A DNA stretch of 64,000 nt from Zancudomyces culisetae HAW-14-8. Its lineage: Eukaryota > Fungi > Kickxellomycota. The stretch is from the NCBI GenBank assembly GCA_052426225.1, contig JBNJNM010000012.1, forward strand, positions 1,612,001 to 1,676,000, in the 5' to 3' direction. Below, in pieces: positions 12,670-26,600 of the stretch. The position numbers and the translations under genes are program-made. Each line of letters begins with the position of its first letter. Positions within the stretch are counted from its first letter, which is position 1. Below the pieces are notes generated by a model. It was not told the DNA's origin and did not search any database. It saw nothing but the letters and a program-made list of their open reading frames with translations.

Positions 12670-14676
12670 ATGGAAAAAGATAAGCACTTAAATGTAAATG
12701 GTAATATTACTTCTGAGGAGGCGGCAGATTTTGAAACAAGCAAGGTGGTCGAAGCTTCCACCAGCAAAGCCTCGGAGGAAACGGTTGATATAGAAACATG
12801 TGACTCTGACACAGCACAGCAAAAGAACACGAGTGAAAATGGAGTACAAAGTTCGATTGTAACTAACGAAAGCAAAGAAAGTCCGGACGGAACAATTTCG
12901 GCGGTTGAATTCTTGGACTATCAAACCAGGCTTGAGGAGGAGGCGGCACAGGTGTTGCCTGGGAAATTTGATTCTTGCACATGGGAAAAAGGGTATATCA
13001 GACAACCAGTATATGTATGCCTCACGTGCAGCAGGGAATGTGCGGAAGATAAAGATGTATCTACTTTGACAAAAAATTTGGCGATTAATGGAAATGACGA
13101 TAATAGTGAATCAGATCCTCGGATGCCTACAGATGAGGTACAGAGTATAAAAAAAGATGCCGGAGACACAATATGCCATGTGGATAAGAACTGGAGCCGT
13201 AGGGTATGTCCTGGACTACCGAAAGAAAAGCCGAACGACCCTGAAATCTGCCCACCCGGATTTAATCCGGCAGGTATTTGCTATTCATGCTCAATTAGTT
13301 GTCACTCTGACCACGATGTGATCGAGTTATTTACGAAACGGCATTTTAGTTGTGATTGTGGTACAAAAAGGCTTGTTTTAGGAAATACAGGCAGAAAATG
13401 TTCACTCAAAAAGCAGATTGACAATATTTCTATGATCGTAAACACCGAAAATCAGTATAGCCATAATTTTTGGGGATATTACTGCAGGTAAGCTACATTT
13501 AAATTGTTCAAGATTCATATCATTATTAATTTTTTGTTTATCAGACGTCGAGCCTTCATCTCCAACATTGTGATTATTAAATTCTTAAAGTATCAAGTCT
13601 CTATAGTATGGTATTATGTTGTTAAAGGCAAGCAGATAAAGATGTCTAATGATTAAAATTCAAATATACTTCATAGGTGTGACACGTTTTACGAACCGGC
13701 AAATGAAAGCAGAGACATGATTGAGTGTTTCCTTTGTAATGAATGGTATCATGATAGCTGCATTGGAGTGGTAGGTGTATATTAATATTTTCCTGTTGAA
13801 AAACCCAGGAAGTTTGAATTCTGGGTTGAAACCTTGAAACAACTTTCAAACAACACTGTATATTATGCCTCAATTTTGAGTACTTTTTCATTGTATGTGG
13901 ATCCTACTGTTCATGCGGGGGGGGGGGGGAAGGGTTGTTCGCATGTAAAAAGAATACTAATGTTTTCCATAGATACAAAGTCATAAAAAATATAAAACAG
14001 AGCAAATGGATTTACCTCTATTGAATAGATGCCAGCCGACGAGGACTACGACGAATACATATGTCGTGAGTGTATTTCAAAGTGTACAGTGTTGCAGGGT
14101 ATCCAATCAGCACATGTGACAAAAGGAGTTGTAATGCTAACTAGCGAGGGTGAGAACAAAGGGATTGAAGTTGTGACATCCCTGAAGCCATCCTCTAAAT
14201 CCGATAAAAATGGCGGTGATGTTGAGGCGGACAAATCAGTTAGAACAAATGAAATATGTGAAAGTGGTAATGGCGATGATAACGAAAAATGTAAAACAAT
14301 ACTTATGAATTGCAAAGATGAAAAAGTGGATTTGTTTGTCAAAGAAGGCTGGGTCGATGACATTTGTAAGTGCAAAAAATGTCAAAAAATGCTTTTGGAT
14401 GCTGGACTAGGATTCATATATACTGATGAAAAAATCTATGAGCCTGAGCCAGATGAAACAAGGACAGAGTCATTATATGAAGCAGGAATTAAGGAGTTTA
14501 GCAGATTTGACCACAGCAAAGCAATTGCAAGCTCAGCGACATTTAGAGGATTTTGTGATAAAGTCAAAGACTTTTTGAAGCCGTTTGCTGATAATAAAAG
14601 GGTTGTCAGTGACAAAGATATTTCACAGCTGTTTCAAAATCTATCCGCAAACAGGAAAAGGCAGAGATTCCAATAG
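12670..14676 (+). CDS. UBR7: UBR7/Mlo2-family E3 ligase (UBR-box zinc finger plus PHD-like finger). Exons 12670-13487, 13677-13770, 14029-14676
   Basis: UBR box CTWEKGYIRQPVYVCLTC...GICYSCSISCHSDHDVIELFTKRHFSCDCG. N.YSHNFWGYYCR splices to CDTFY..MIECFLCNEWYHDSC..EYICREC. C-terminal CKCKKC and KDFLKPFA...VSDKDI. Both introns are GT-AG and in frame. Confidence 0.92.
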
Positions 14677-14933
14677 CCTCTCTTTTAAAGGAGTGGAAGA
14701 CAAAGGTTTTTTTTAAATAATAAAACAGTTTTTTTTAGTTACTGAGATTGTACTTGTGATGAGTAAAATAAATGTTCTACTTAGTTATCATGTGTTTAGA
14801 TGTCTCATACACAATTGTGTTTTCGATACTCACAACATGCCCTATCTGAACACTAAAAGTAAAATATTTGTGTATTTTGGAAGACTAACATCAAATATAA
14901 AAGCATGAGAACAAAAAAATAAAGTGAAGTGGA

Positions 14934-16463
14934 TCATGCCAATAGATTTCTTCCGGTCATTTCTTCTGGAATAGGAAGTCCCATGTATGCCAAAATGGTA
15001 GGAGCAACATCACACAGTGCATCAAGCTCGCTGTCGGCAGGGATAAGCTTAACGTTCTTGTCAGTGATGTTGAGAGGAACTCTTGAACAGGTGTGAGCGG
15101 TGTGTGGTGAGCCGTCCTCTGCTATCATCTTCTCGGCATTTCCATGATCAGCAGTCACAAACAGAGTGTATCCGTTTCTCTTACAGGCTTCGTAGATGAT
15201 TCCAATGGCCTTATCGGTGGCTGTAATGGCTTCAACTGCCTCTGGATACTTGCCGGTGTGGCCGACCATATCTGGTGGAGCAAAGTTACACATTACAAAT
15301 GGATACTCCTTCAAGTCTATTTTCTCTGCTACTGCTACACCCACTTCATGAGATGACATTTCTGGCTTTAGGTCATAAGTGGCAACTTTTGGTGATGGAA
15401 TCAAAACGCGGTCCTCGTCTTTAAATTGTATTTCGGTTCCTCCGTTAAAGAAGAATGTCACGTGGGCATACTTCTCTGTCTCTGCCAAGTGGCATTGCTT
15501 GACTCCGTGGGATGCTAGCCATTCAGCCAATACGTTGTTCATTTGTTGTGGTGGGAATGCGACCTTGAAGGGGAATTCGGATTTGTATTGTGTCATTGTA
15601 AACAAGTCAAGCGATGCTGGAACCTTTGAATCAAATGGTGGTGGCGGCATTCCAAATGACTGTGCTATTTCTCTCATTCTGTCTGATCTATAGTTGAAAA
15701 AGAACATTGTATCGCCTTCTTTTACCAGCCCATCTTCATTTACGATAATTGGCTTCAAAAACTCATCGGTTTCATCATTGGCGTATCTTTCAGCCACTGT
15801 CTTCAATGGATCTGTAGTTTTCTCTCCCTTTCCAAGTGTCATACCCTCAAAGGCAACCTGTACTCTTTCCCAGCGCCTGTCTCTGTCCATAGCATAGTAT
15901 CTTCCGGTAATTGTGGCAAGTTTTCCCAATTTCTTTCCATCCAGCTCACCCAACAACTGTGCAAGATACTTGTCTGTAGATCTTGGATTTGTGTCTCTTC
16001 CATCACCAAAAAAGTGCACATATACTTCTGGCACATTTGCCTCCTTTGCAGCTTCCAACAACCCCACAAGATGGTTTATGTGGCTGTGAACTCCTCCATC
16101 TGAGACCAGCCCACAAAAATGAAGTCTGCCGTTCTTTGCTTTAGCTGTTTCGAATGCCAACTTTATGTTTTGGATTTTGCCAAACTCCTTCTTCTTCAAT
16201 GCCAAATCAATTCTAACAATATCCTGAAATACAATTCTGCCTGCTCCAATGTTCAAGTGTCCGACTTCAGAGTTGCCCATAAGGCCTGCTGGTAGACCTA
16301 CTGCATTTCCGTGAGCAAGGATTTCTCTATATGGGTAGTTTTCTGCAAGTCCGGTCATAACAGGTGTTTCCGCAGCGTAGATAGCATCCCCCTTTACATC
16401 CTTTTTTTCGTTGACACCCCATCCATCAATGCAGATCAGACAAACTTTTTTTAATTCAACCAT
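14934..16463 (-). CDS. gpmI: 2,3-bisphosphoglycerate-independent phosphoglycerate mutase (iPGM), 509 aa, single exon
   Basis: Motifs IDGWG, MGNSEVGH (catalytic Ser), SDGGVHSH, DGRDT, GRYYAMDRD, AETEKYAHVTFF, DMVGHTG, TADHGNAE, HTAHT. Confidence 0.97.
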   Translation of the reverse strand: MVELKKVCLICIDGWGVNEKKDVKGDAIYAAETPVMTGLAENYPYREILAHGNAVGLPAGLMGNSEVGHLNIGAGRIVFQDIVRIDLALKKKEFGKIQNIKLAFETAKAKNGRLHFCGLVSDGGVHSHINHLVGLLEAAKEANVPEVYVHFFGDGRDTNPRSTDKYLAQLLGELDGKKLGKLATITGRYYAMDRDRRWERVQVAFEGMTLGKGEKTTDPLKTVAERYANDETDEFLKPIIVNEDGLVKEGDTMFFFNYRSDRMREIAQSFGMPPPPFDSKVPASLDLFTMTQYKSEFPFKVAFPPQQMNNVLAEWLASHGVKQCHLAETEKYAHVTFFFNGGTEIQFKDEDRVLIPSPKVATYDLKPEMSSHEVGVAVAEKIDLKEYPFVMCNFAPPDMVGHTGKYPEAVEAITATDKAIGIIYEACKRNGYTLFVTADHGNAEKMIAEDGSPHTAHTCSRVPLNITDKNVKLIPADSELDALCDVAPTILAYMGLPIPEEMTGRNLLA

Positions 16464-18645
16464 TGTGTTTTGCTTGTACTTCTTTTTTTGTATTGTGCCT
16501 ACTCTTTGTTTGATTAGACCTCCTGGCGCCTTTTTGTATATATATATAAATATATTATCGGCTGCTTTTACGCTTCAAGTGAAAAATGGTAATTTATATA
16601 GTAGAAGGTATATTTGGCCAACCTATACATGCTCTTTCCTCTCCCCGCAACTAATCATTATTGCGAATCATCATTAGTTTTGCATTTTTTTTTGTTTTTT
16701 TGTTTTTTTTTTCCAGTTCAGTTTTGTTTTGGTTGATACGCAAAATATTGGAGCATTCGTTTATCTTTCCACCATCTTTCGATAATATGATTAGCGAAAA
16801 ACTGAATAAAATGCAGCCAAACGACAGCAAAGCTAAAGAAACATGCCAAACAGCCCTAATATTTAGGCATGAAAATTTTTTTGACTCTTCCCCTCTCTTC
16901 TACCACGTTCTTCTCCCTCCCCTCCCTAACTTAGCCTTCTGTGTTCCACTGTAAAGGTAAGTGAAACAAATGGTTAGTGATTATTGCCCACTATATTTCT
17001 TTTCATTTAGTTGCGTTCTTTTTTTTTTGCATTAACCATTCGCATAAACATACAAATTACACAAAAGCACAAATCTCCACAAGTCTATTGGGTGATTGTT
17101 ATGAATAATATAGCTTGTAATTTTTATAAACCACGTCAATAAATACATCACACCATATATGATACGTCTACACAACCTTGACTATGATTATGAGGGAAAT
17201 TCTTTACTCGGATACATAAGCTGCTTTATGAACCATACACGTTGATCAATCATACAGTATTCCATGTTACTAACTAGAATCACATCATATCCTCATCTAC
17301 TTCAAAAAAAGGTAAAGATGCTGATTTGGGTATGTTGTTTATAATTTAAATGTATATTGTTTCGTAATACCATATTTATTTCTATCAAACTGATTTCATA
17401 AAGGCGAGTGCCTCAAATATTACAGAGAAAAGTTATCTAAACCCAAATTGGGAGTGACCTGATAAACTCATACTAATTTGCCGCTAAGCCTCAAAAGTGT
17501 AGTGATCATAATACTGCTCTTTGAAATAGTTGTATCTATACAGTATTTGGGTGAAGCATAATCAGGTTGCGCTGTAGAGCTTTTTGAATACAGTATTCAC
17601 TTTAGTGAACATATAAATATAAGACTAATAATTATGATGTACGATTCAAGCGGGAAAGGGATGTATACATTTCTTTTAGTCTATGATGTTTTTTGTTTTT
17701 TGGGCGATCACGTATCAGGAAAGAGGTTAAGTAATAGCATGGGGATATTTATCCAATAAAAAAATATTGTTTCTTTCTTATCGATGCTTGTAGGTATGAT
17801 CGCTTATCCATGCTAGCAAAACACACCACATAAACAAAAATGTATTAGTAGGCTGTTGCTATTTGATATACACCACCATTTGGGGGTTAACTAGCTCCCA
17901 ACATTTCAACTTTTTTTTTTAAAAAGAATTAACAGACAGACAATTGTGGGATAAAAGAAAGCTAGTACTTACAAGATTAAATTCGTACGTTACAGAGCAT
18001 ACCAAGCTATTCAACATACAAAATATCAGTAAAGAATATCCGTTTCGTTGCGATATTAGCTATTAAAGCTCTTTTTTTTCGACACTAGGTTAGAGTCTTG
18101 GTATTTCCTGGTAAAATGTCATTCGCCTCTCCTTCAAAGCAACACAAAACTCTAGATATTTTTTGAAAATCACACTGGTATTGAATTGTAACCGTCTATC
18201 TTGATCTAACACTGGCGTCTTTGCGAATACACCACTAATAAATACTTTAGTATATAATGGCTCATAGATTTCCATTTATTTTTTTTCAGTCAAGGCTAAA
18301 AACGCGTAAATCAATTCAATCCTCGCAAATGAAAGTGTAAACACAAAGAATAAAAATAAAAATAAAAACAAAAACAAAAACAAAAACAAAAAAGCGAATA
18401 AAATGTGAAAAATGTAAAAGCCCTCCCCCACAAGGTTTGTATTTGTATAGGCAAAAAATGGAAGTATTTGGCAGAAAATGTATACCTTGTTGCGTTTAAA
18501 CTCATTTTAAAAATACACAGTCTATGCCAACTAAACCATCCATAAATCAACACTAGATTCGAGTTTATTAAAAATCCGCAAACACAAAGAACACGACAAA
18601 AAACCAACATACCCTTCCCCTCAAAAAATAGCCTAAATAACAAAG

Positions 18646-20340
18646 ATGGTTCAATATAGCGAATATTGTAGCAGATTGAAAAATGGAAAAACAGGGTTGT
18701 TGGCACCAATACTATTGGGTGGAAACATGGAAAGCCAATCCAATGTTTTGACAACGCGACAATCTAGGAGAAGATTGAAGGAAATCGGAAGCAGCGATGA
18801 TGAAGCGTTGTTTGAAGATGAAATCCAAGAGCCTAAAAGGCCAGCACTGAAACGGATCAGAACAGAGACTGATCATTTATACAGGTACTTTTTACGTTTT
18901 ATTTATTTTCCCTTTTTGTGATGATCTGGAGAATATGTTATGGATGTTTAGGTCTCGCACATGTAATACCAACACTAATAACTACTGTTTTTCTATACTC
19001 ATACGTTTAATGCAATCAATACAATTAACTGCCAATTCGATTAAATAGTTCTGAAAGCTATTTAAAGGAAAATGCAAAAAACAGAGAGGTTCTCGTTCCA
19101 ATAAAGATTGAATTTGAAGTTGACGATTTTAGAGTAGAGGACACTTTTACATGGAATTTGAATGGTAATGGCAAAGAATAGGTTTGAGCTTTTGATATAA
19201 TAAACCAAAACCTAACTCATAAACTTAAAACCGAGTAGAAAAGCTTACTACACCAGAGATGTTTGCAGAGATAATGTGTAAAGACCTGGAATTACCAATT
19301 GGTGCGGGTATGGCAAACGAATATATATCGGCCTCTATCCACGAGCAACTGGTTCACTATAGCGAGCTATTGGGACAACTTGAAAAGCGACAGGAAGCAG
19401 AAAAGAGTAATAATCGGGCGGACCCAGAGTTGCGTGTTTCATTAAATTTAGAAGTAATATTAAACCAACTAGTCCTTCGAGACCAAGTTGAATGGGATTT
19501 ATCAACGCTACCAGTGGAGCAATATAGTAACACGCCAGCTGATACTACCACAACAACTGGAAGCAAAAATGAAGTTTGTATAGAAAAAAATAATCAAAAG
19601 CTGGAATACACAAAGACGCCCGAGTATTTTGCAAAAGTTTTATGCGCGGATCTGGGGATTGGCGGAGAATTTATTCCGCTGATATCAAACAGTATTCGAG
19701 AACAGCTTTTGAGGCTACAAAAAGAACGACTGGAGCTTATCTCTCAAACAGAACAAAAAATGAAACGAGGAGGGTCCGATTATCCCGGAGAAGCCCTTGC
19801 AGACACAAAACCGCTGCATGATTCGAGCTCAGTGGCTACGCCCACGGCTTTGGGAAACTCCAGCGAAAATGGCAGCGCTGGTGTTGCGGTACAAGGCAGT
19901 GATATGTATTTTGACAAAAACAGCCGATCTGATTGGTATAGTGAGTTTATATTCAAACAAACACCTTTGGATGGGATTTTAAGACCTCCAAATGAAATCA
20001 GTATGTGGGGACCTACTCTGGAAGTCTTGAGTACCGAGGAACTGGATCGATTATTGCTTGGCCAGGAGAGAAATAAAAGGTTTGTATATTTTATTTTATG
20101 TGTTTATACTTTTACAGGATACTTTGTAAACAAAGGTATTATAATTAAAGAAAAAAAAGAGAGAATTCTTTTTTCATGTATTCCATTTATTCCATACAAC
20201 CTAGACGACTACGAAGATCAGAAAGGAGTCAGGTGAAAACATTTAGTTTCCTGCAGCCTCCCCGATCAAAATACGAAATGGATATGCAAAAAACAAACAT
20301 CAATCGTACACACAACGTCGGGTATATTGAGAAGCTTTGA
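18646..20340 (+). CDS. SFH1: Sfh1/Snf5-family chromatin-remodelling subunit (RSC Sfh1-like). Exons 18646-18884, 19049-19164, 19239-20079, 20205-20340
   Basis: Snf5 repeat 1 (EVLVPIKIEFEVDDFRVEDTFTWNLNE..TPEMFAEIMCKDL) and repeat 2 (LRDQVEWDLS..TPEYFAKVLCADLGIGGEF..ISNSIREQL). WGPTLEVLSTEELDR..ERNKRRLRR appears after splicing. The N-terminal YCSRLKNGKTGLL is Sfh1-like. Confidence 0.88.
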
Positions 20341-20684
20341 TTTTTTTTTTGGCATTGTTTTGATGGTTATGGTTGGATATCGCAAAGCTCTACAATGTTT
20401 ATTTTATGTTTCCCTGTGTTTCTGTAATTCTTAATAACTGTATAAAACGAATAATATAACAATCAAACTAGTGGGTTCACAATATCTTGTATAGTCACTG
20501 AAAAAATAAAGTCAGAATTCCTGCAAAATAAAATAAAAACAATAAGTTGAATAAACGAGTACACCAAAGTTTAGAATTGTTTTTTTTTCTTCTATTTAAA
20601 CCTCAAACCACATACCATTCTTTCAGATATCTTTTTCTTTTACTTTTTCCTTTATTTTAGAAAAATAAGACAGCTTCAAATACT

Positions 20685-23600
20685 TTACAAATCGTCAAAA
20701 CCAATCTCATGTATTATAGTTTTTGTTAATTGCTGGGACCCGTTTACCATAGCATCCGTTTTATACTCTCCTGCCTTAAAATGCTCTGAAAGAATCGGAA
20801 ATGGGCGATAACCAAAATTATAAACCACGACAATTAATATTTTGCTAGATCTATAGTCAACTTCCATCCGAATTTTACTTGGATAAACAGTATTGATATA
20901 TACGGGCTTAAAAACTCCATCCGGGCCTTCAAAATGACTGTATAATGCTTTCCTCTTGATTGTGTTGCCGTTATAGTCAAAACTATGTAGGTCCAAAGTG
21001 TAAGAATAGCTGTTTGATGTCTTGGGCTGGGAGCCGCCAGAGTCATCTTGCTGGTCTTCTGTTGTTATTAATGACAACAAAATAAAGCTAGTATCTGTTA
21101 ATCTTTTCATAGATATGGGTATAATACCCGCACTTTCAATATTTTTTATTTGCGCCATACTTTCTTTACCATCGTCAGCAATACAATCGTGTTTTTTAAT
21201 GCGATAATAATCCTGTAAATCTTTGGACAAATTGACAAGTTTAATTGCTCTCAGCTTGGTAAACCTCATAACCACAATGTTCTTGTGTTCATCCAAAATC
21301 ACCATGCTGTCATTATCAACACTAACTATCACATTTTCAATTTTACCATAACTCACATTTATTTCTGCCAATTTGATGAACTCGGAAATAGGCGAGTATC
21401 CGACAATTTGCCTACTACTGATGTATGTTTCTTCAGAGTCGCCTGATTTTTTGATAATTCCCAAGCCTGCTTCCAATATTTCCATCTTTTTCTGTCTTTC
21501 TTTTTCCCTGGTAGTGCTCGAAACCATAGTGGATCCTGTAGTTAGGGTTTCTGGTATTAGCTTGTTCATATCAATCGCATCGTCAACACCAGAAATCATA
21601 TTGATTTCGCTCTGGTTTGTATTATAATTTGGCCTCAACTTTTCGGAAACTCGATCAACCTTATACATCACATGTTTTTCATTATATAAATTTAACAAGA
21701 TATCCGTGCCATATTCGTGTCTAGAGCATTTAACCGGCTTTTTGGTATCCCTACCAACCTCCCTCAATGAAAATGCTCCACCAGAAATAATGTTGTTTAT
21801 AGCATTCTTGTTAGTGATATTATCCTCTCCAAAATTTTCATCCGCGCCACCAGTCTCAAAATAAAATGTATTGTAGCACTTTGTATCGTTAAGAAATTGG
21901 TTTTTGGGCTTGATTCTGCCACTTACTACTGGGTAGGGAATTAGTACTTTGTTTCCCTTTTGAAGTGGCATCGTATTTGCATTACCAATGTTGCTGATGC
22001 TTTGGTATTCTTCATACCCTTGATCATATCTAATCCCAGCATCTCTAATAACATCACCATTGAAATCAGTTTCTTGCTGATCAACTTTGGCAAGCAAAAA
22101 AACCATCAAAGTCCCGTTGTGGCACCCAACCGCCACATACTTTCCGCAATCGCTGAATACTACTGTGCTGATTTCATATTTCACCCTAATATATCTCAGT
22201 GTTTCGCCTAGAAATCTTTTGAATTTTTGTTTGGCACAGGCATAGCCGCGTTCTGAAAAATTAGGCACGTTTTTATCGGAGCTATTGCTACAGTGCTTGT
22301 GGATTGTATTGATTCCGCTGGCCTTTGGCATAGAGAATAAAGCCGTCGGTGATACCATAGACGTTGCAATAGTTGGAGATGCGGTTTTATTATTGTTGCC
22401 ATTGGTCTTGCTGTCATTTCCGCAAACACTTTGTGTCAAACTACTGGAACTCATGTGATTGGTATTGTAACTGTTGTTTCGTGACATCAAAGTGAGAGGA
22501 TTGTGGCTCAGTGTAGCGTTACTATTGTTTTCCACGTTGTTTACATAGTAGCCATCCTGTTTATATCCGCGGTTAATAGGCGCACCAATTTGTTGCAACT
22601 GTTGTTGCTTTTTTACTTCTAGCGTATCATACATGGTTTTTTTGTAACTGCTATAGTGAATACTTGCATTGCATTGCACAATGAGTTTGGCCAGTTTGTT
22701 AATATCTTCAGCAGATACACAGTCACAACTAAAATCGGCATCGCTATGAGCTTCGCTATCACCACTATTGTTACCTGTATTCCCGCCAAAACTGCTTGTG
22801 CTAGAGCATTCAAATGCCTTTATTCTAATTTTTTTATTAGAATTGTTGCTCCTGTTATTGTCATTGCTACCAACATTATCGAAAAGCTGAATCACATTTG
22901 AGCTAACTAGTCGTGACACCGATAGCACATGACCATTATTTGACTCACCGCTAATAATGATGTCTAACTTTTTAGGATGGGTACAATACAAGCTTTCTTT
23001 TTGCTCATTATCAAATGTGCAGATATCATAAAAGTCATACTCCATCAGATCTTGCATATTTGTGGTTGGTCTGGACGCGTTGCTGTACATTGGATTTATT
23101 AGCCATTGATCCAATATGATTGATTGGTCAGCCTTGGCAGCTCCCTTGGCAAACCCACCAGCATTACCCCTAGACTCATCAAAATGTGGATCGTTCAAGT
23201 TGGCGCTTTTTTGAAGCGTAGTAGAGTCCGTACTGGTTGAGTGTAGCTGGTACATTTTGACCATCCCTTTACCACTTTGCGCATATTCATCATCAATAGC
23301 AAGCACCACTCTGGGGAGTTGCACATGTGCTGTAAAGCCTAAAGATACATCGTCTTTAGAATCAGTACTAGCAATACGCCACCAATTTACAAGATCGTAG
23401 AAACAAGCAGCTTCGAGAGGGTAACTTTGAGCTGCTAGCTTGGTTAGCACCATTTTATCTATAGATTTCTCGTTGTTAGCTTTTTGGGATTGTTTGGGAA
23501 TAACTTTTTTTTGCACATGCGGCCTTTCAAAAAGCTGAATTGGCGTCATTCCAAAGTTGCTAATCTGTGATTGTTTGGATTTCCTCTCATGCGGATCCTT

Positions 23601-26600
23601 CAACTTATCCAACCCAACTGCGGCACTTTCATATGTTAGATAATAAAACACATTATGGGCCTCGACGGCTTCTGGGCCTGTTTGTTTATACCCAAAGATC
23701 AAATCTATCCACAAATGCAAATTCCTGCTGACATATTCGCTTTCCAACGCCTTACGATTAATTTCGATAAATTTCGCCGGACTGTTGTGTGCATACGGGG
23801 GGAGTACTACATCACCTAGCCGTGTTGAGTTTTGTCGTGTGCCTAATTCTAGATGATTCACGTTGGTTAGAAAGTCTGGGCTATAAAAAAACTCTGGAAT
23901 CAGTTCTTTTACATCTCCAGATCCATGGAGACAGTTATGGAAGGATTCGGCTATTGAATGGAATTGACGATCTGGGTGGTCAAATTTTCCATTTTGGAGC
24001 ATCAAATGCAGACTAGTGAATGGTTCCAGCCGAATCAGATAGTACGCAACAGTGGCTGGATTGGAATAGTGGGTTCCGTAGTGGAATTTGGGGATATTTC
24101 CGGTTGGATCCTCAAAGCTGGCGTATCTTTCCAAAGTCCGTCGAAGGCGGTCTTCGTTTAGTGCTCCCACAGGTTTGGACAGGTCACGGTATGATTCTGG
24201 GTTATCTAGATCAATGCTTTCAGACGTATAGTCGCTCAATATCCACGGGAACACCGGATACTGCGATAAATCATTATACGACCGTCCAGCCAAAGTGTTC
24301 AATGCCATCAAATAATCAAAGTTCGAAAGCTCGTTATACTGCCATCTTTTGACAATATCAGTCTTTTTTATCAGTATTTTGGGATTGTTTGCGTCCAAAA
24401 ATGACAGCAGGCGAGTATTATATACTAAAGTTTGAAGTTTTGAATACAGATGCATCCGATCCTTAGAGTTGTTAACAATATTTAGTAGTATCGAATCGCT
24501 GTTACTAAAGAAAACCTCGATGGCTGTCTTTTTAAATACAACACTTCGCGGAATAACATCTGAAATGTACACCAACGGAATACTAAACTCACACTTGAGC
24601 TTATCATATATAACTGGAGGAATCACATCTTTACCGCTTTGGCTCCTTGTGTGTGCAGAATTATCCCTGCTTTCAGTCTTCCCTTGGGGTTTTGCCACTG
24701 GTCCTTCGTATTCTATTGCTAGATTTCCATCGTTATCTCTTTCAGGAACCCATTTAAATTCGGTTTTTGTAATTTCAAGATACCCATGAATCTCATATAA
24801 CAATAGTATTCTTGTACATCTCAGCCGCATGATTATCTGCGACGGAAGAGTCATAGAAGGTATATATTCATTTACTCTTACTAATTTGGATTGTGAAGCA
24901 CTGAGACATCCAAACATATCTTTACTATTATCAAAAACACGCCCAGCCTCAAGCAAGTCCGTATCAGGATTCGTATCACTGGCATTGCTGGGCGATATGG
25001 CCTTGGTTTGCGACTTTTGTGGTTTTTGTGGTTTTTGTGGTTGGACGTGGGTTTCGCTGGAAAATCTATTACGCAAAGAAGTAAGCGAAACATCTGATTT
25101 GAGTCGTGTGGAGATGCTTCCTCGTGGCGTGCCATTCGGTTTGCAACAGCTACAGTAAGTCGTATCACATCCTGCGTTGTTATAGATAATCGTTGTCAAT
25201 GGAACCAATAGGTTTCTCCGCTTGTTTTTGCTAGTATGAGTATCATCAATTGCCCAAATTGCCACATCCCTTTCATTTATGTAGCTTTTCGTATAATCGT
25301 AACAATAGAACACATTGTTTAAACTCAACAGTCGTTCAAACAGCATGACTACGCTGTTTCTCCAGGTCATGTGATGGTTTATCACCAACTGATGAATGTC
25401 CAACCATTTGTGTCTGATTGGTTCATTTAGTAGCAACAGTGATAGTGTCGAAGATGATGAAGCCGAGGTATTATCATTCTGCAGTTGGAGTTTTTGGCTG
25501 AGTTTGTATTTTAAGAGATTTGTTGATAAACTTGGAAAATAGTTTGCCAAACCGAGTCGTAGGAAATACAGAAACTCTAGTCTGTTGCATTCAAATTCAA
25601 ATTCGGCAGAGCAAGGATTTTGGCCTTGTTGATTTGATTTTTGAATTTGTGTTTGTGTTTGTGTTTGTGTTTGTGTTTGTGTTTGTGTTTGTTTTGGATG
25701 TCTTTGATTCGCAAACGTATCACTATTTACAGCGTAGGAAATTGTGGCTTCTCGTATACATTTTTTTGTATACTGGCCAAAATTATCACTAGTTAATACT
25801 TTGCCTACTCTGCTGACTAAAAACTTGCTAATCTCGTGTTCACAGCCTGCCATTAAATAGGAATGTATGTTCTTGGAAAACAAAATTATACTTTCGATTT
25901 CTCGCGCCACTTGCAAATCTTGATATTTCTCCATGGCTGGTAATAATACTTGGTTGTATAGGTTTACTGACCATGCGGGTTTATTCACTGCCTCCAATAA
26001 CGACATTGAATCACCTCCAAACGATGTAATAAGTCCACCATTTTTTATTCCACCCATCACATCCCACTCCAGGAAATCTTCGTCTACAGGATGTCCAAGG
26101 ATTTCAAGTACAACAGTATAGTTGGTTTCCAACAAAGACGGCATAAAGTGCTGCAATAACAACGCATACAGCAGTCCAATTTCCATTTTCAAGTCATCAT
26201 CATTGCTCACAGTCTTAGAATATACATACGCCTCATGCACAAACCCAAGCAACCCAAAATTTCCTGCCTCTACCCCACAACCACCATCACATTCATTGAC
26301 CGGTGCCGATCTAAAATTAAAGTTAAAAAGTCCAGAATTAGAGGAGGTGCCATAGCATTGATGCCACTGAAGTAGCTGCACCATCCATCTCAAACTATCT
26401 GCCACCACTTTCAGCTTTGTGCTCTGAATCCCAGACAATAGCACCCGGAATAACAGTCTGCACAACTCTCCATCAGCCTTTATAGTCATTAATTTGCTAG
26501 CAGCAAAGAGCAGCTCGATGTACCCTGCACAAACCTCTTCCATCCGGTTCCATGGATTCTGCGAACTCTTGTACGGAAATTGTGCGGGTGTTAAGTATTC

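Noticed and set aside
17960-18275. Short minus-strand ORF plus GTAAGT donor divergent from SFH1
   Set aside because: I could not build a stop-free spliced model, and there is no recognisable motif.
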